64,000 nucleotides of DNA from Candidatus Latescibacterota bacterium. GTDB taxonomy: Bacteria; Latescibacterota; UBA2968; UBA8231. Positions 40,326 through 51,462 of the stretch are shown piece by piece. The stretch covers positions 3,008,001 to 3,072,000 of the forward strand of contig CBDFJF010000002.1 in NCBI GenBank assembly GCA_965248265.1, written 5' to 3'. Position numbers and translations under genes: made by a program. The notes beneath the pieces are model-generated. The model did not search any database and was not told where the DNA came from. It saw only the letters and a program-made list of their open reading frames with translations. Position 1 is the stretch's first letter. Each line of letters begins with the position of its first letter.

Positions 40326-41324
40326 CTACGGTTTGCTGTCTTCTTCCGACACAAGATCCGGGTTCGGTAACAGCAGATCAGGTGTTACTGTATCCCAACC
40401 TGCTGACGCCACAGTAACCCGATGCATTACTTGCTCGAAACCACCAGGCATTATGGCACTTGCTTCAAACAGAAAGGGAACCATGACCCCATCAATAGCA
40501 CGGTAGTCGAGATAATTTGTTGCGCCAGCTGCGAACCCACTCCCATCCCATCCCATATCGCGGATGGTGTATTCGATACGGTCAATAAGGCCTGTCTCCT
40601 TATTGATATGTACTATGTATTGGTCTACTTCTCGATTCGGTTCGAGGCTGCCCCACGTTACGAAAACACGATCGAAGTTATTGTCCGGACTGTCGCTGAG
40701 AGCAGCGATGACTGTTGCTGAACTAATCCGAAAAGGAAACTCAACCCACCACTGAAAAGTCGGAAGAAAGAAGCGAATTGCTTCGTCTGAACGAAAAACT
40801 GGACTCTGACCTACTTGAGAGCGATAGGTTCTCCAAGCCTGAATACCCCACACCTCCGTTAAGCCTGAGGGATCAAGCAGCTCTAATCGCGACGTCCATG
40901 TACCAAGAAGCAACTGCAATCTGATTTCTTGTCGTGCATTCGGAAAGGGATTAATGAAAGCACGTCCCATCCAATGGAGCCAATCGTCGATTGCCGATAT
41001 TTCCAGGCTGCCGCGCAGGTTCCATTTTTCAACACCATGTACACTGGCGGCGCTTGCGAGTAGTTCTTTGCCTTTGGCGGCAGCCGAATCGGTTATGGTT
41101 CCTTTCCTTAACCCCGTCGGTCGTATGTCAGCAACGTAGGATACAATCGTAATACCTCCACCCACCACCGCGATCAATAAAACCAACGCAACCCAAAGCG
41201 ACAATCGCCGAAGGCGAGACAACTCGGATTCGTCTTTCATCTTGGAGCCATCCTTCATTTGTGTGATTTCCGCGTGTTTCGAACGACGCCAGCAAGATAC
41301 TCCTTGGGTTTCAACCCAGCTCAT
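40326..41324 (-). CDS. Hypothetical membrane-anchored protein (true start probably near 41240-41260)
   Basis: N-terminal TM followed by a beta-rich soluble domain; lower GC. Confidence 0.65.
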   Translation of the reverse strand: MSWVETQGVSCWRRSKHAEITQMKDGSKMKDESELSRLRRLSLWVALVLLIAVVGGGITIVSYVADIRPTGLRKGTITDSAAAKGKELLASAASVHGVEKWNLRGSLEISAIDDWLHWMGRAFINPFPNARQEIRLQLLLGTWTSRLELLDPSGLTEVWGIQAWRTYRSQVGQSPVFRSDEAIRFFLPTFQWWVEFPFRISSATVIAALSDSPDNNFDRVFVTWGSLEPNREVDQYIVHINKETGLIDRIEYTIRDMGWDGSGFAAGATNYLDYRAIDGVMVPFLFEASAIMPGGFEQVMHRVTVASAGWDTVTPDLLLPNPDLVSEEDSKP

Positions 41325-41362
41325 GGAGCGACTTGCGTGATATCGACAGTTGGTGGTCGGGC

Positions 41363-43369
41363 TTATCGAACAGGCGTGACCGGGATCGGTTTGTGCTCTT
41401 TCCCGATCATCTCTGTATAGACCACGAACTTGAACGGATTGAAGAACTGTGCGGCGCTCCGAAGCCTATCTGCAGCCTCCTCTTTCAGCTGGATAATGCC
41501 CAAGTTTTCCTGGTAGCGCTTCTCTGCTGCCACGGCGAACTGCAATGCTAACTCGTTATCGCCTCCATCAATCATCCTGCGCAGCACGTCTTCGACTTGG
41601 CCCTCCGAAAGCCCAAGATAGAGCTCCAGGAATCTCCCATACTCCACTGACGTCAGCGCGTCGAGACCACCAGGCTCCATGCCGGTCACGTCTTCCTGCC
41701 AAATTCCGGTCAAGTGATCTGCCACACGGGCGATGATATAGTCGCGCGGCGCGAGGTAGCTAAAGAGCGCTTCCGGATCGTTCTGCAATCCAGGAACGAT
41801 TAGGTTGAGTCGGACGATGTCCTTAACCGAGTAGCCGTTTTTCACATGCCTTCGAGTCTCGCCAACAAGCCATTCATAGGCGTCCCGGAATGCTCGGAGT
41901 TGTTTGTTTGTCCCGTAAAGCACTGTAATTCCGAGGTGGCCGTGGAGAATGTGCTCGGGGTGCCGGTGAAGCACCTGGTCCATCGTGTCCAATGCCTCAT
42001 CGACGAAACCCTCTTCCACCCACGGCTCGCCATAGAACGGCATCAAGGCATCGCCCATGAATACGACGTCCAAGCTTGGGACACTAATGAGCAAAGCGTC
42101 TTCAGTCTCTCCACCGGTCACGGGAATGAGCTCGAACAGGCTACCACCGACCATGACCTCGGTATGGTCACTCACCGCGACATCCGGCTTGTAGGCGTTG
42201 ACCCATTCGTCCTGGAAACCGGCTCCGCGGAATTGCTTATACGTGTGGTGCCGGAGCACGCGCTCGACCGTGCCCGTGTAATTGTCACGGCCGTAGAAGG
42301 TTATTTCTGGAGTCAGGGTCTTCAGATAGGTGAAGCCACCGATATGATCCCAATGGGCGTGGGTGACGAATACTGTCGTCAGCGGCGGCAAATCGGGATA
42401 TCGCTGCACTAAGAATTTATACGCGCCTTCCATGCTGTAAGGCTGGGTCCCTGCATCAATCGAGATCAGTTTCTGACCGTCGGCGGAAACAACGAAGTGG
42501 ATGTCCGAGAAACCAAAGCCCCGCACGGCGAGAACACGGCCGGGAACGATCCCCTCAATCGATGGCGTCGGGGCAAATAGAAGGCCCTTTTCCTTCGTCG
42601 TCGCAAACCAGCCCATGAACAGAGCTTTGGGCTCGTAGTCCTCATACCCGCTCTTCTTTAGATACTCTTCAGCCAGCGCTCCCTCGCCGTTTTCGGCATA
42701 AAGCTTGGCCAAGTGGTGATACACCTCGCGGTAAAAGCCCGGCGTGGGCTCGAGTTGCGGCCGCTCGACGAGCCACAGAAGTTCGGCCTTCGCCTCGTCG
42801 CCCTTGCCGAAGAAGCCCGGGACTTGGGCGTAGATCAGACCGGCCGACCAGCGAACGAGCGGGTTCTCCTTGGATAGAGCCTTCGCCTCTTCCAGAACGT
42901 CGAAGGTATCAAGCACCCAGAAGATGCGACCGGGGATCGGAACACGCTCGGCGTAGGTGGCTCGTAGGAGTGCGTACGCCGATAGATGAACAGCCCGGAT
43001 GTCGTCGGTCATCCCGTTCTCATAGCGCTTCAGCAGCCGCTCGAGAAACGACAAGCCGCGTTCTTGCTGATTGGTGACGATATACGCATTCGTCAGCAGG
43101 AAGATGGGTCTCGGATCCGAGATCGGCCCGTAGGAGAGGACGACTTCGTAGAAAGCGATGCCTGAATGGAAGCTGCGATCACCCTCAGTCTGGCCGAAAC
43201 CTTCAAACACTTCCGCTGGCGCAAGCGATGTGGACAAGCCAGCTTCAATGACCCTTTGCATCGGCTTAGCCTCCGCCCCGAGTGGCTCCACATCTGCAGT
43301 ATCTCTTGACGGCGCACAGGCGGCCAAAACGAACATGCTCGCAGCCAAAATTGATCGATTCGGTCTCAT
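41363..43369 (-). CDS. Lipoprotein with MBL-fold hydrolase (alkyl-sulfatase-like) domain
   Basis: Lipobox VLAAC; THAHWDH, GGET.D, MGD, HGH. Confidence 0.8.
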   Translation of the reverse strand: MRPNRSILAASMFVLAACAPSRDTADVEPLGAEAKPMQRVIEAGLSTSLAPAEVFEGFGQTEGDRSFHSGIAFYEVVLSYGPISDPRPIFLLTNAYIVTNQQERGLSFLERLLKRYENGMTDDIRAVHLSAYALLRATYAERVPIPGRIFWVLDTFDVLEEAKALSKENPLVRWSAGLIYAQVPGFFGKGDEAKAELLWLVERPQLEPTPGFYREVYHHLAKLYAENGEGALAEEYLKKSGYEDYEPKALFMGWFATTKEKGLLFAPTPSIEGIVPGRVLAVRGFGFSDIHFVVSADGQKLISIDAGTQPYSMEGAYKFLVQRYPDLPPLTTVFVTHAHWDHIGGFTYLKTLTPEITFYGRDNYTGTVERVLRHHTYKQFRGAGFQDEWVNAYKPDVAVSDHTEVMVGGSLFELIPVTGGETEDALLISVPSLDVVFMGDALMPFYGEPWVEEGFVDEALDTMDQVLHRHPEHILHGHLGITVLYGTNKQLRAFRDAYEWLVGETRRHVKNGYSVKDIVRLNLIVPGLQNDPEALFSYLAPRDYIIARVADHLTGIWQEDVTGMEPGGLDALTSVEYGRFLELYLGLSEGQVEDVLRRMIDGGDNELALQFAVAAEKRYQENLGIIQLKEEAADRLRSAAQFFNPFKFVVYTEMIGKEHKPIPVTPVR

Positions 43370-43489
43370 TTTGGCCTCAGCTCTATGGCCGCGCTGCGCT
43401 CATACAGCCCGGGAGAGGCGCTGTGAACCTTGGTCTCATTGCTCATGTGTCGATTGCTGTCCTTTCAGCAGTGTGCACGTTACCTCTCT

Positions 43490-44518
43490 TCAAAACTGAT
43501 TGACTCGACCATAGCACTCGCCGCCGGCGTCAAGCTGGATACGGCTTCCCACAGCGCTCTGGACGAACGAGTCGGGGAAGCGGACAGCAAGGCGTTGCAT
43601 AGCCTTCCAGCCCGTGCAGTGAGCCGGAAGTAACAAGGACGGGGAGAGGGCGGCGAGCCCGCAGATGGTCGAATCGATGATCGGCTCAAACATCGGACCG
43701 CTCAGATGGAAGCCGCCGATGATCGCGCAGACGCACCGCTCCCCGGTTAGCTTGAGTGCGTAACGAACGGTGTTCACTATCCCGGCGTGCCCGCAGCCGC
43801 TGATCACGACAAGGCCTCGTTCGCGGAGGTTCAGCACGATTGCCTGGTCGTCGAGGATCAACGGGTCGGCCTGCCACGCGCCATCGCGATGCGCCTCATG
43901 GCCGGGGAAGCCGACTTCGAACTGGGTGGTGCGATCGACCTCGCCGGTAATGAGCACCGAGCCATCGAGCAGGAAGGACGGGTGATGCTCCTCGACGATC
44001 TCAAAACCGATGCCCTCCAGCGCTGAGCGGCTCGGTGACGGTAGCTCCAGGGGGTCGATGCCGGGGAACGCGATCCGGCGCCTGCTCCAAAAATCGGGAT
44101 GGATGAAGACAGGCACATTCGCCCGGCCGAGTTCCCTGGAGATCCCCTCCATGCCTGTCACGTGATCCCAGTGGCCATGACTGAGAACGATCAGTTCGAT
44201 ATCGCCGAGCGGGATCTCGAGTCGGTGCATGTTCTCGACGACGCCGTACGGACTCACCCCCGCATCGAAGAGGATCCGATGCTTACGGTCACCTTTGGTG
44301 ACTGTGACGAGCGCCGAAAACCCATGCTCGGCCACGAGTTGGGCGGGCGCCTCGACGCCGGTGAGCACCGCCGTCGGCACACGCGGGCCAGACGCCATGT
44401 TGAAGAAGTTCGCACGCTTGACCGGCCCGGCGTCCAGGAGCGTCGGATCCGTGACGTTGTCCATCAGGATCTGGACCGTGAGCGCGTCGACCGGTTCGAG
44501 CCTGATCGAATCCAACAC
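43490..44518 (-). CDS. MBL-fold metallo-hydrolase (AEHG/GC.H.G subfamily)
   Basis: AEHGFS, LFDAG, SHGHWDH, DDQA, GCGHAG, GGFHL, HCTG. Confidence 0.88.
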   Translation of the reverse strand: MLDSIRLEPVDALTVQILMDNVTDPTLLDAGPVKRANFFNMASGPRVPTAVLTGVEAPAQLVAEHGFSALVTVTKGDRKHRILFDAGVSPYGVVENMHRLEIPLGDIELIVLSHGHWDHVTGMEGISRELGRANVPVFIHPDFWSRRRIAFPGIDPLELPSPSRSALEGIGFEIVEEHHPSFLLDGSVLITGEVDRTTQFEVGFPGHEAHRDGAWQADPLILDDQAIVLNLRERGLVVISGCGHAGIVNTVRYALKLTGERCVCAIIGGFHLSGPMFEPIIDSTICGLAALSPSLLLPAHCTGWKAMQRLAVRFPDSFVQSAVGSRIQLDAGGECYGRVNQF

Positions 44519-44583
44519 GCGTTCTTGACCCTCCCACGTTGACTAGAGACCCGATCAGGTGGTTGCGCGCCCAGTCCTGGCTT

Positions 44584-45126
44584 TCATCGTCCGGTTCCTT
44601 CACGTAGCAAGGCCGGTGCGATGGTTTCGCGCACGTGCCCGTCGGTGACGTCATAGACGTAGCCAGCAACGACCAGTTCGTCCGGCAGAGTCGGCGCGGC
44701 TCGGAGCCGGTCGAGGTCCTCGGCCACGCTGATCCGCGGGTCGGTGATGGCAAGCCTTTCGATCGCTGCCTCGTCGACCCCGGCGGCTTGCCCCATCCTC
44801 TGTCTAACCTGAGGTTTGGCGAAGCGGCTGGCTCCACAATCGGTGTGATGGAGGACGGCAACCTCTATGGCACCCGCGCCGGCGACGAAGGCCAACCCCC
44901 TGAGAATCGAGATTTGCTCGATGACCTCGTCGGTGACTCGCCCACCGATGTTGCGCATTACGACGGCGTCCCCCAGCTCGAGACCGAAAAGGTGCGCAGG
45001 GTCGACCCGAGCGTCGAGACAGGTCAGGACCAGTGTTGAGAGGCGCGGCGGCAGACTGAGCTTCCCGTGTGTGAAGCTGTCGGCGAACTCGAGGTTGCGA
45101 TGGATAAGGGTGTGCACATCAGCCAT
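44584..45126 (-). CDS. Beta-class carbonic anhydrase (small, clade D-like)
   Basis: TCLDARVDP, RNIGGRV, HHTDCG, GYVYDV; ATG at 45126 after GGAGG. Confidence 0.88.
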   Translation of the reverse strand: MADVHTLIHRNLEFADSFTHGKLSLPPRLSTLVLTCLDARVDPAHLFGLELGDAVVMRNIGGRVTDEVIEQISILRGLAFVAGAGAIEVAVLHHTDCGASRFAKPQVRQRMGQAAGVDEAAIERLAITDPRISVAEDLDRLRAAPTLPDELVVAGYVYDVTDGHVRETIAPALLREGTGR

Positions 45127-45200
45127 CGTAGTCCTCCGTGATTGGCAAGGAGGTGTCATCCACACGAATTCTCCTGACGCAACCTGCATGAAATTGCCAC

Positions 45201-46109
45201 TCACTCCATCCAATCTCGAATGGCCTCAGCGGCTTCATCCCCGCAATCTTCCTGCCAAAAATGCCCTGCCTCGAGTGGCACCGTTTTGGTATCGGAAAAA
45301 GTCTCTTCGAATCGTTTTCTTGCCGATTCCTGAAAGGCGAAATCTCGACTACCCCAGAGCAAAAGGGTTGGCCTATCCGCAATTTGCGAAAGCCCACTTT
45401 CAACTTCCTGCAGATACGGTCGCGCCTTTAGCAGCAAGCGTGGGGATATGGACGTCTGTTTGCGGTTTCGCCGCTGATGAAAAGGGGCCAGATACATTTG
45501 CAACACGCGCTTGTCCGGTTTGTTGACCAGTCCTTTCTTGAAGAAGAACCGAGCGACGCCATTGAACAGATAAGCTATTGTCCGGCCCACGGGACCACCC
45601 ATGATTCGACTGAACATGGCTGTTCCTATTTCGCCTTGCAGAGGCCATGCGAATGTATTCCCGATAACCAGACGATCGACCAGCCTGGGGTTTCTTGCGG
45701 CAAAGCCCAGTCCTACGGGTCCTCCCCAATCCTGAACCACCAACGTAAGTGATGTGAGTTCCAGTCCGGCGACAAATCTTTCTACAATTTCGCTATGTTC
45801 TCCCGGCGTAAAACCATAGTCCGGCGGCGCCTCCGTCAATCCAAATCCGGGGTAATCCAGTGCGATGCAGCGGCAGGAATTCCGGAGCGAAAGAATCACT
45901 TTTCGATAGAGAAAGGACCAGGATGGATTGCCGTGCAACATCAGAATTGTCGGTCCCTTGCCCTCGTCCACGTAGTGAACTCGGATACCGTTTTCCAACT
46001 CCAGAAATTGACTTTCGAATGGGAAAAGTTCTCGATCTACTTCGAATTTCAGCGATTGATCTGCCATACTTTCTCTAGCCATTTGTGTGTCGGTATTGGG
46101 TGCTGTCAA
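45201..46109 (-). CDS. Alpha/beta hydrolase, haloalkane dehalogenase-like
   Basis: HYVDEG, HGNPSWSFLYR, QDWGGP nucleophile elbow, GHFWQED. Confidence 0.88.
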   Translation of the reverse strand: MTAPNTDTQMARESMADQSLKFEVDRELFPFESQFLELENGIRVHYVDEGKGPTILMLHGNPSWSFLYRKVILSLRNSCRCIALDYPGFGLTEAPPDYGFTPGEHSEIVERFVAGLELTSLTLVVQDWGGPVGLGFAARNPRLVDRLVIGNTFAWPLQGEIGTAMFSRIMGGPVGRTIAYLFNGVARFFFKKGLVNKPDKRVLQMYLAPFHQRRNRKQTSISPRLLLKARPYLQEVESGLSQIADRPTLLLWGSRDFAFQESARKRFEETFSDTKTVPLEAGHFWQEDCGDEAAEAIRDWME

Positions 46110-46151
46110 TCAGGGTCACTAGGACTTCACATTTTCAGTGGGAGACGATAG

Positions 46152-47107
46152 TTACTGCCCTGTTCGGGGGCAAGTCCGGAGACCCTCCGCGAGGGGGACC
46201 CGGCTGGCCCGGAGGACCTGGATTTCTTCCCACCGGCATTCCAGGCTCACGGTTGGGAGGTTCTCGAAATTGAGGACGGACAGGTACAAATAGGCCACCG
46301 ACACCAGGCTCAACGCGAGATACAGGCGGCGTAGATCCCACCGCTCCCCGTAATTAGAACGGTGCTCCGCAACAAACCCTGCGGCCTTGCTGACGAAGGG
46401 GAACCCGTTGTGGCGACTAATCGCCTCGTAGATTTCGTTGAACTCCAAGGAAGATAGCTTGTATTCCTTTGAAAACATCGACTTTAGCAGCTGCCTGGCC
46501 ATGAACCGAGAGCGTTGGCCAAACCAGGTGACCATGCCTCCGAGCGGTGATCTTAGCGCTGGTGTCGTCATAAGCGGGTGACTATGTGCGTCGGTGAAAT
46601 ACCCGCCGTTTATCAGCAAGACACCTTCGATAATAGGGCTAAAGTCGGTGTCATCTTTCATTCGTTCTTCTTGCCTGCTGAGGAGTTCCAGCGTAACCAA
46701 CGAGGAATAATCGAACGACACGATGAATGTGGACTGAATTCCCTTCGATTCCCACTGCGCCTCAACCAGATCGGCGCGCTCCATCGTTCCATAGGGATAC
46801 TTTGAAGGTTTGTCTGAGTCGCCTTGGCCTACATATTCAACGTGGATTTTGGCGTCATGCCATTGTCACCCAGATAATGGTCAACCTTAGCTCAGCCGAA
46901 GGAGCCGTCAGGAAATCCAGGTAGGAACGTCGTCCACACTGATTGATCACCCTGCCCTCCATCGCCGAGTGCGACACGCTCAAAGACCTGGATCGCATCC
47001 GAGGGGTCCGTTCTCTCGCCAGATCTCAGTATTTTTTTTCTTACCGGGTCGTACGGGATTCTCGTACCCGATGAGAACCATTCCTGGGCGGTGACATGGT
47101 CAGTCAT
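46152..47107 (-). pseudogene. MEST-like alpha/beta hydrolase pseudogene
   Basis: FLPGFPDGSFG then TGA where Trp is expected (46892), a frameshift near 46850, then GQGDSDKP..MERADLVE..SFDYSS; 3' end looks foreign. Confidence 0.7.
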
Positions 47108-47523
47108 GGTTGCTACCTCCTCGAATTAGCCAATGGCGGCACAAGGTAGCACGCGAGAAAACTCCCACTTCAGACCATGGCCGAGCGATGTTTATCGACA
47201 CATCGAGGTCGGCGGCATCTCCAGCATCTCATAGTAGGGTGTGTCGCTGGCCCGTCTTTCAGCTGCACCTCCGCCTGGTGCATGAATGACAGCGGCTTTC
47301 ATGGTCGTCATTGTCGTGGCTCTGCGTTATCCTCCTTGAAAATCGCGTTGAACGGGCCGATTACCGCGGATTGGCGGTAGAGAAGCAGTAACGCGCGATC
47401 TTCCACTTGCCGTCGTGACCGGTTTGTGGCCCGTAAAGCAGGCCATCTCGCCGAACGGGGAAGACCTGGCCGATCGCGGACTTTACGTCCCATCGGGCAA
47501 GACAAGGTGCCAGTGCCTACCGC

Positions 47524-48111
47524 TCAATTTCCCGCAAGGCGCTCAACAGCTTCGTCCGTAGTCCACACCGCATTGGCCATAAACCGGAAATTGATGAGAG
47601 CCGCCAGATAGCCATCGCCCTCCGGAATCTGTGCGGCGGCCGTCGCGTCCTTGATGACGGCGATCTCAAAACCTTGCTCCAACAGCTCGTGCATGTGTGC
47701 TTGTACACAGAGATTGGCAGACATCCCAGCAAGCAGGACCTGATCGATATGCTGTTTTCGCAACTGCAATACGAGGTCATTCTGCTCGGGTCCGTACACC
47801 TTGTGTGGGGACGCAATTGTCGTCTTGCCGTCAAACAAATAGGGCTTGTACTGAGGCATAAAATCAGCGCCGGAATTCTCGAATCCGTCCATCGAATAAG
47901 CTGAGGTCCGATCGAACATGCTGATAGCATGCATGACCTTTTCAAGCGCACCCTCGAATTTCCACCCGTGGTCTGTCGGATAGTAATAGTGAGGTGATAT
48001 AAACACCGGAATTCCATGTTCCTTTGCAGTCTTAAACAGCTGTCCGATGTGTTCGACCGTTTTGTTCTGGGTGACACTATTGCCCACAAGCCCCCACGTA
48101 ACGCCATCAGG
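47524..48111 (-). pseudogene. Isochorismatase/cysteine hydrolase, 5'-truncated
   Basis: PDGVTWG.VG.SV, HKVYGP, GMSANLCV, DATAA; the N-terminal DPQ.D segment is missing. Confidence 0.75.
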
Positions 48112-48311
48112 GCGATGACGCCATTGAGATAATCCGCAAACAAATGAAAATCACCGTGCCCATCCTCGTCCTGTCGGGAGAAATCAAGACTGAGGTCATG
48201 GCGAGACTGAAGGCACTAGGAATCTCTGCCTTCGTGGCCAAATCGGCCGACTTCACCAGCAGGCTCAGCGAAGAAGTGGACAAGGCTCTCTCCGAGCAAC
48301 ACGACACCTGA
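48105..48311 (+). pseudogene. C-terminal half of a response-regulator receiver domain
   Basis: QGDDAIEIIR...VPILVLSG......L..LGISAFVAKS, no start; back-to-back with the truncated hydrolase. Confidence 0.65.
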
Positions 48312-48461
48312 CCGGCACGCACGACAGATGGAAGCCGCAGGCCGACGAGCAGATGCACCTGCGCAACGGGTATCTCGTCGGACACGCGCCTTGATCGACG
48401 ACTTCGCCGGCTATACTATGGTGTGTTAACCGAATTAACGCCAAAACACACAGGTCGAATC

Positions 48462-49877
48462 ATGCCAAAACTCAGCTCTGTTCGCTTCAAGATCCTGGCC
48501 CCGCTCGGGCTCTTTGTTCTTGCTATCGCCGGTTTCAACTCCCTCTACTTCCCCGCTCAGGAAGAGGAGCTCATCAACGTGCTCTTCCAAGAGCGGCTGC
48601 GGAAGGCAGTCGATACCCTCGCTCTCGGGGCCGGCATATCCATCAATGCGGGCGATCTGGAGGGCGCCGAGGCCACGGTGGATTTCCTGAAGGCGGACGA
48701 GCACATCGCCTTTCTCATCGTCGCCGATGGCGACGGCACGGAGCTCATCACCGATGGGGACGACCAGCGTCCATCAGAGCTTGATGCGACTTCGGTTGCG
48801 CGCCTCTCCGTCGGGAAGTTCATAGAGTCAGGACATTTCCTCGTTCTGAGAGATATGATCCGCTTCGGCGACGAGACGCTCGGTTCCGCCACCGTCGGTC
48901 TGGATACGAGTGAGCGCGACCGGGCCATCCGCGAGAGCATGACCATTGCCTTCCTGCTGAGCGCCGCGGTTGCTGCGTTCGGTATTGGCCTGTTGCTCTA
49001 CATCCAGCATATGACCGGCAATCTCCGATCGATAATCGGCCAGGCGCAGAGATCCGGAATACAGATAACCTCTTCAGTCACCCAGATCTCGGCCACCGGC
49101 CGACAACTCGAAGCTGCGGTGAACGAGCAGGCGGCTTCCACGAACCAGGTCGTGGCCACAGCCAAGGAGATCTCGGCGACCTCTCAGGAGCTGGTGGGCA
49201 CGATGGGAGAAGTGTCGACTATGGCGGAGCAGACGGCCGAATCGGCGGACTCGGGTCAGCAAGGGATCACGCAGATGGAACAGTCGATGAGGGAGATGGA
49301 GGAAGGCAGCAGCTCCATATCGGACAAACTTTCCAGGATCAATGACAAAGCAAGCAACATCAGCTCCGTCGTCACGACGATTACGAAGGTCGCGGATCAG
49401 ACGAACCTGCTATCTCTCAACGCCGCCATCGAAGCCGAGAAGGCGGGCGAATATGGCGCCGGTTTTGCGGTGGTTGCCCGCGAGATCCGCCGCCTTGCTG
49501 ACCAAACAGCTGTGGCGACGCTCGATATAGAAGGGACCGTCGAGGAGATGCGCTCGTCAGTCTCAGCAGGCGTTATGGGCATGGACGGATTCATGGCGGA
49601 GATCCGCCAAGGCTCCGATGTCGTGAGATCGGTGGGTACGCAATTGGGGGGGATCATCGATCAAGTCCAGACGCTTCAGCCCCGGTTCGAAACGGTCGAA
49701 CGCGGCATGGAGGCCCAGTCCGTGGGGGCGCGGCAGATCAGCGAGGCCATGGTTCAGCTCAACGACACGGCGCAGCAGACGGCGACCTCTCTGCAGGAGA
49801 CGAATGCTGCGCTGGAACAGTTGAGCAAGGCCACTCACGATCTGCAGGACGAGATCGGGCGCCAAGATATGGATTAG
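48462..49877 (+). CDS. Methyl-accepting chemotaxis protein
   Basis: Two TM segments; [34 protein letters not shown] hairpin. Confidence 0.9.
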   Translation: MPKLSSVRFKILAPLGLFVLAIAGFNSLYFPAQEEELINVLFQERLRKAVDTLALGAGISINAGDLEGAEATVDFLKADEHIAFLIVADGDGTELITDGDDQRPSELDATSVARLSVGKFIESGHFLVLRDMIRFGDETLGSATVGLDTSERDRAIRESMTIAFLLSAAVAAFGIGLLLYIQHMTGNLRSIIGQAQRSGIQITSSVTQISATGRQLEAAVNEQAASTNQVVATAKEISATSQELVGTMGEVSTMAEQTAESADSGQQGITQMEQSMREMEEGSSSISDKLSRINDKASNISSVVTTITKVADQTNLLSLNAAIEAEKAGEYGAGFAVVAREIRRLADQTAVATLDIEGTVEEMRSSVSAGVMGMDGFMAEIRQGSDVVRSVGTQLGGIIDQVQTLQPRFETVERGMEAQSVGARQISEAMVQLNDTAQQTATSLQETNAALEQLSKATHDLQDEIGRQDMD

Positions 49878-50062
49878 GGCACCAGGCCGTCCTGACATGC
49901 AGGCAAGGAGTTAGGCATGAATAGGCACATCACGGGCGCCGGTCTTGTGCGAGGAGATGCGGACAACTGGTCACATGGGCCAAACAGTGCCGGTTCTTTA
50001 TCGTATCCGTGACTTCACCATCAAGTCGACTTAGCGGGAAGCCTCGAAAGCAGGAGGTAGAG

Positions 50063-50452
50063 ATGCGGAGCAGATCACAGTTCAGCCCCATCGTTCTGTT
50101 TGTGGTCTTTGCGGTGACCCAGGCGAATGTCGGTCCGGCCTTCACGCAGGATGATATCTATATCAGTGGATACGGTAACGTCCATTACATGAAGCACGAC
50201 GGCATGCCCGCCACCGTCGGATCACCACCCCTTGACAACGGATTTTTTCAGCTCAGAGAGTTCTCGCTCTTCTTCGACTTCCTGATAACAGACTCGATCA
50301 TCGCTTCTACCGAAATCGAGGCCGGCGACAATGGCAACACATTTACCTCCAATTACGCCTACGTTGACATTCAGACGATCGGTGTGAACCATTCCGCATC
50401 GGAGGAGGACGGAACATGGATAGGAAAATGCTCATGTTGGCTTCCGCTATAG
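50063..50452 (+). pseudogene. Outer-membrane beta-barrel (porin-like) N-terminal fragment
   Basis: SD GGAGG, signal peptide, ISGYG and alternating beta strands ending at YAYVD, then runs into the next gene's leader. Confidence 0.5.
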
Positions 50453-51108
50453 GGTTTACGCTTGTTTGCCCGTCACAGTTAGTGGCTCATGATTCTGACA
50501 GTAGTCTACCGGAGCCGACAGTGACCTACTCCGAAAAGGATGAACGGGAAGGAGAAACGGTCGCGCACGGCGAACTCATCAGCGGCATCGATGCAACCAG
50601 AAAGGCGCTTCACTCGCTTCATCACCCACACGGAATCATCGAGAACCGGAGGATTCCCGGGAATTTCGAGAGACCGGCGATGAATAAAGTGAGCGACTTC
50701 GCGCTGTCGAAGGATGACCTCGTTGTCATCAATCCAGGCCCAGGAGAATACGTTCACGTGATGGAAGGGCAGCGTCACGGCTACCGCAGCTTGACCATTG
50801 GCATCACCTACACCGCCCCAGGCGGCGCCCCACCCATGCACACCCACAAGGGCGAAGAGTCCCACGTCCTGACCAAGGGACAGACAGTCCTGTATGCGCT
50901 TGGCGATGAGATCTTCGTCTTCGAGGGTCCTTACATGGTGAACATACCACCCATGGTTCCGCACTCCTTTCAGAATCTCGACGACGAAGTTGCGGAACTG
51001 GTGGTGATCTTTCCGACCAACGTCTGGGAGTATGATGTGCTGGACAATTTCCCATTCTCGACGCCGCGCGCCAAGGCACTCGTGGACAGCGTGAAAGCAG
51101 CAAAGTAG
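50416..51108 (+). CDS. Secreted cupin-domain protein
   Basis: Signal peptide; PMHTHKGEE and IPPMVPHSF cupin motifs. Confidence 0.85.
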   Translation: MDRKMLMLASAIGFTLVCPSQLVAHDSDSSLPEPTVTYSEKDEREGETVAHGELISGIDATRKALHSLHHPHGIIENRRIPGNFERPAMNKVSDFALSKDDLVVINPGPGEYVHVMEGQRHGYRSLTIGITYTAPGGAPPMHTHKGEESHVLTKGQTVLYALGDEIFVFEGPYMVNIPPMVPHSFQNLDDEVAELVVIFPTNVWEYDVLDNFPFSTPRAKALVDSVKAAK

Positions 51109-51129
51109 ATCGAGTAGAAGACGTACAAA

Positions 51130-51391
51130 CAAACAGAGCCAGCCTCTCCAGGTCCTCCTGCGCCTCAGAGATCTTGTGAGGCAATTCGTCCAGAGACCGC
51201 TTGTGGAAACCGAACAAGTCTTGCGCAGCCTTCTGGCGTTCCCGCTCGTGCCCGAGTGTCACTCGAACCGAACGGAGCTCCTCAATCAAGATCTGTAGTG
51301 CTTTCTTCTGGGCTTGGAGGCGGTAAGTGAGGAACACACGGGCGCCGATGGCGAGGAAGATCAGAAGGAAAACCAATACGTTTGCGGACAT
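51130..51391 (-). pseudogene. Small TM + coiled-coil protein; 3' end uncertain
   Basis: SD GGAG, N-terminal TM, heptad region; the ORF then runs antisense into the cupin gene. Confidence 0.4.
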
Positions 51392-51462
51392 CGCTGCTCC
51401 TGCGTACGACTGAAGGGCGGTCCCAGCGCGGACGTCGTCAATGCGCCGAACAGCGATCAGAT

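Noticed and set aside
46892-46894. In-frame TGA in the MEST-like hydrolase as Sec or UGA=Trp recoding
   Set aside because: It sits where Trp is expected and is followed within about 15 codons by a frameshift, and many intact genes here end in TGA, so it is a nonsense mutation.
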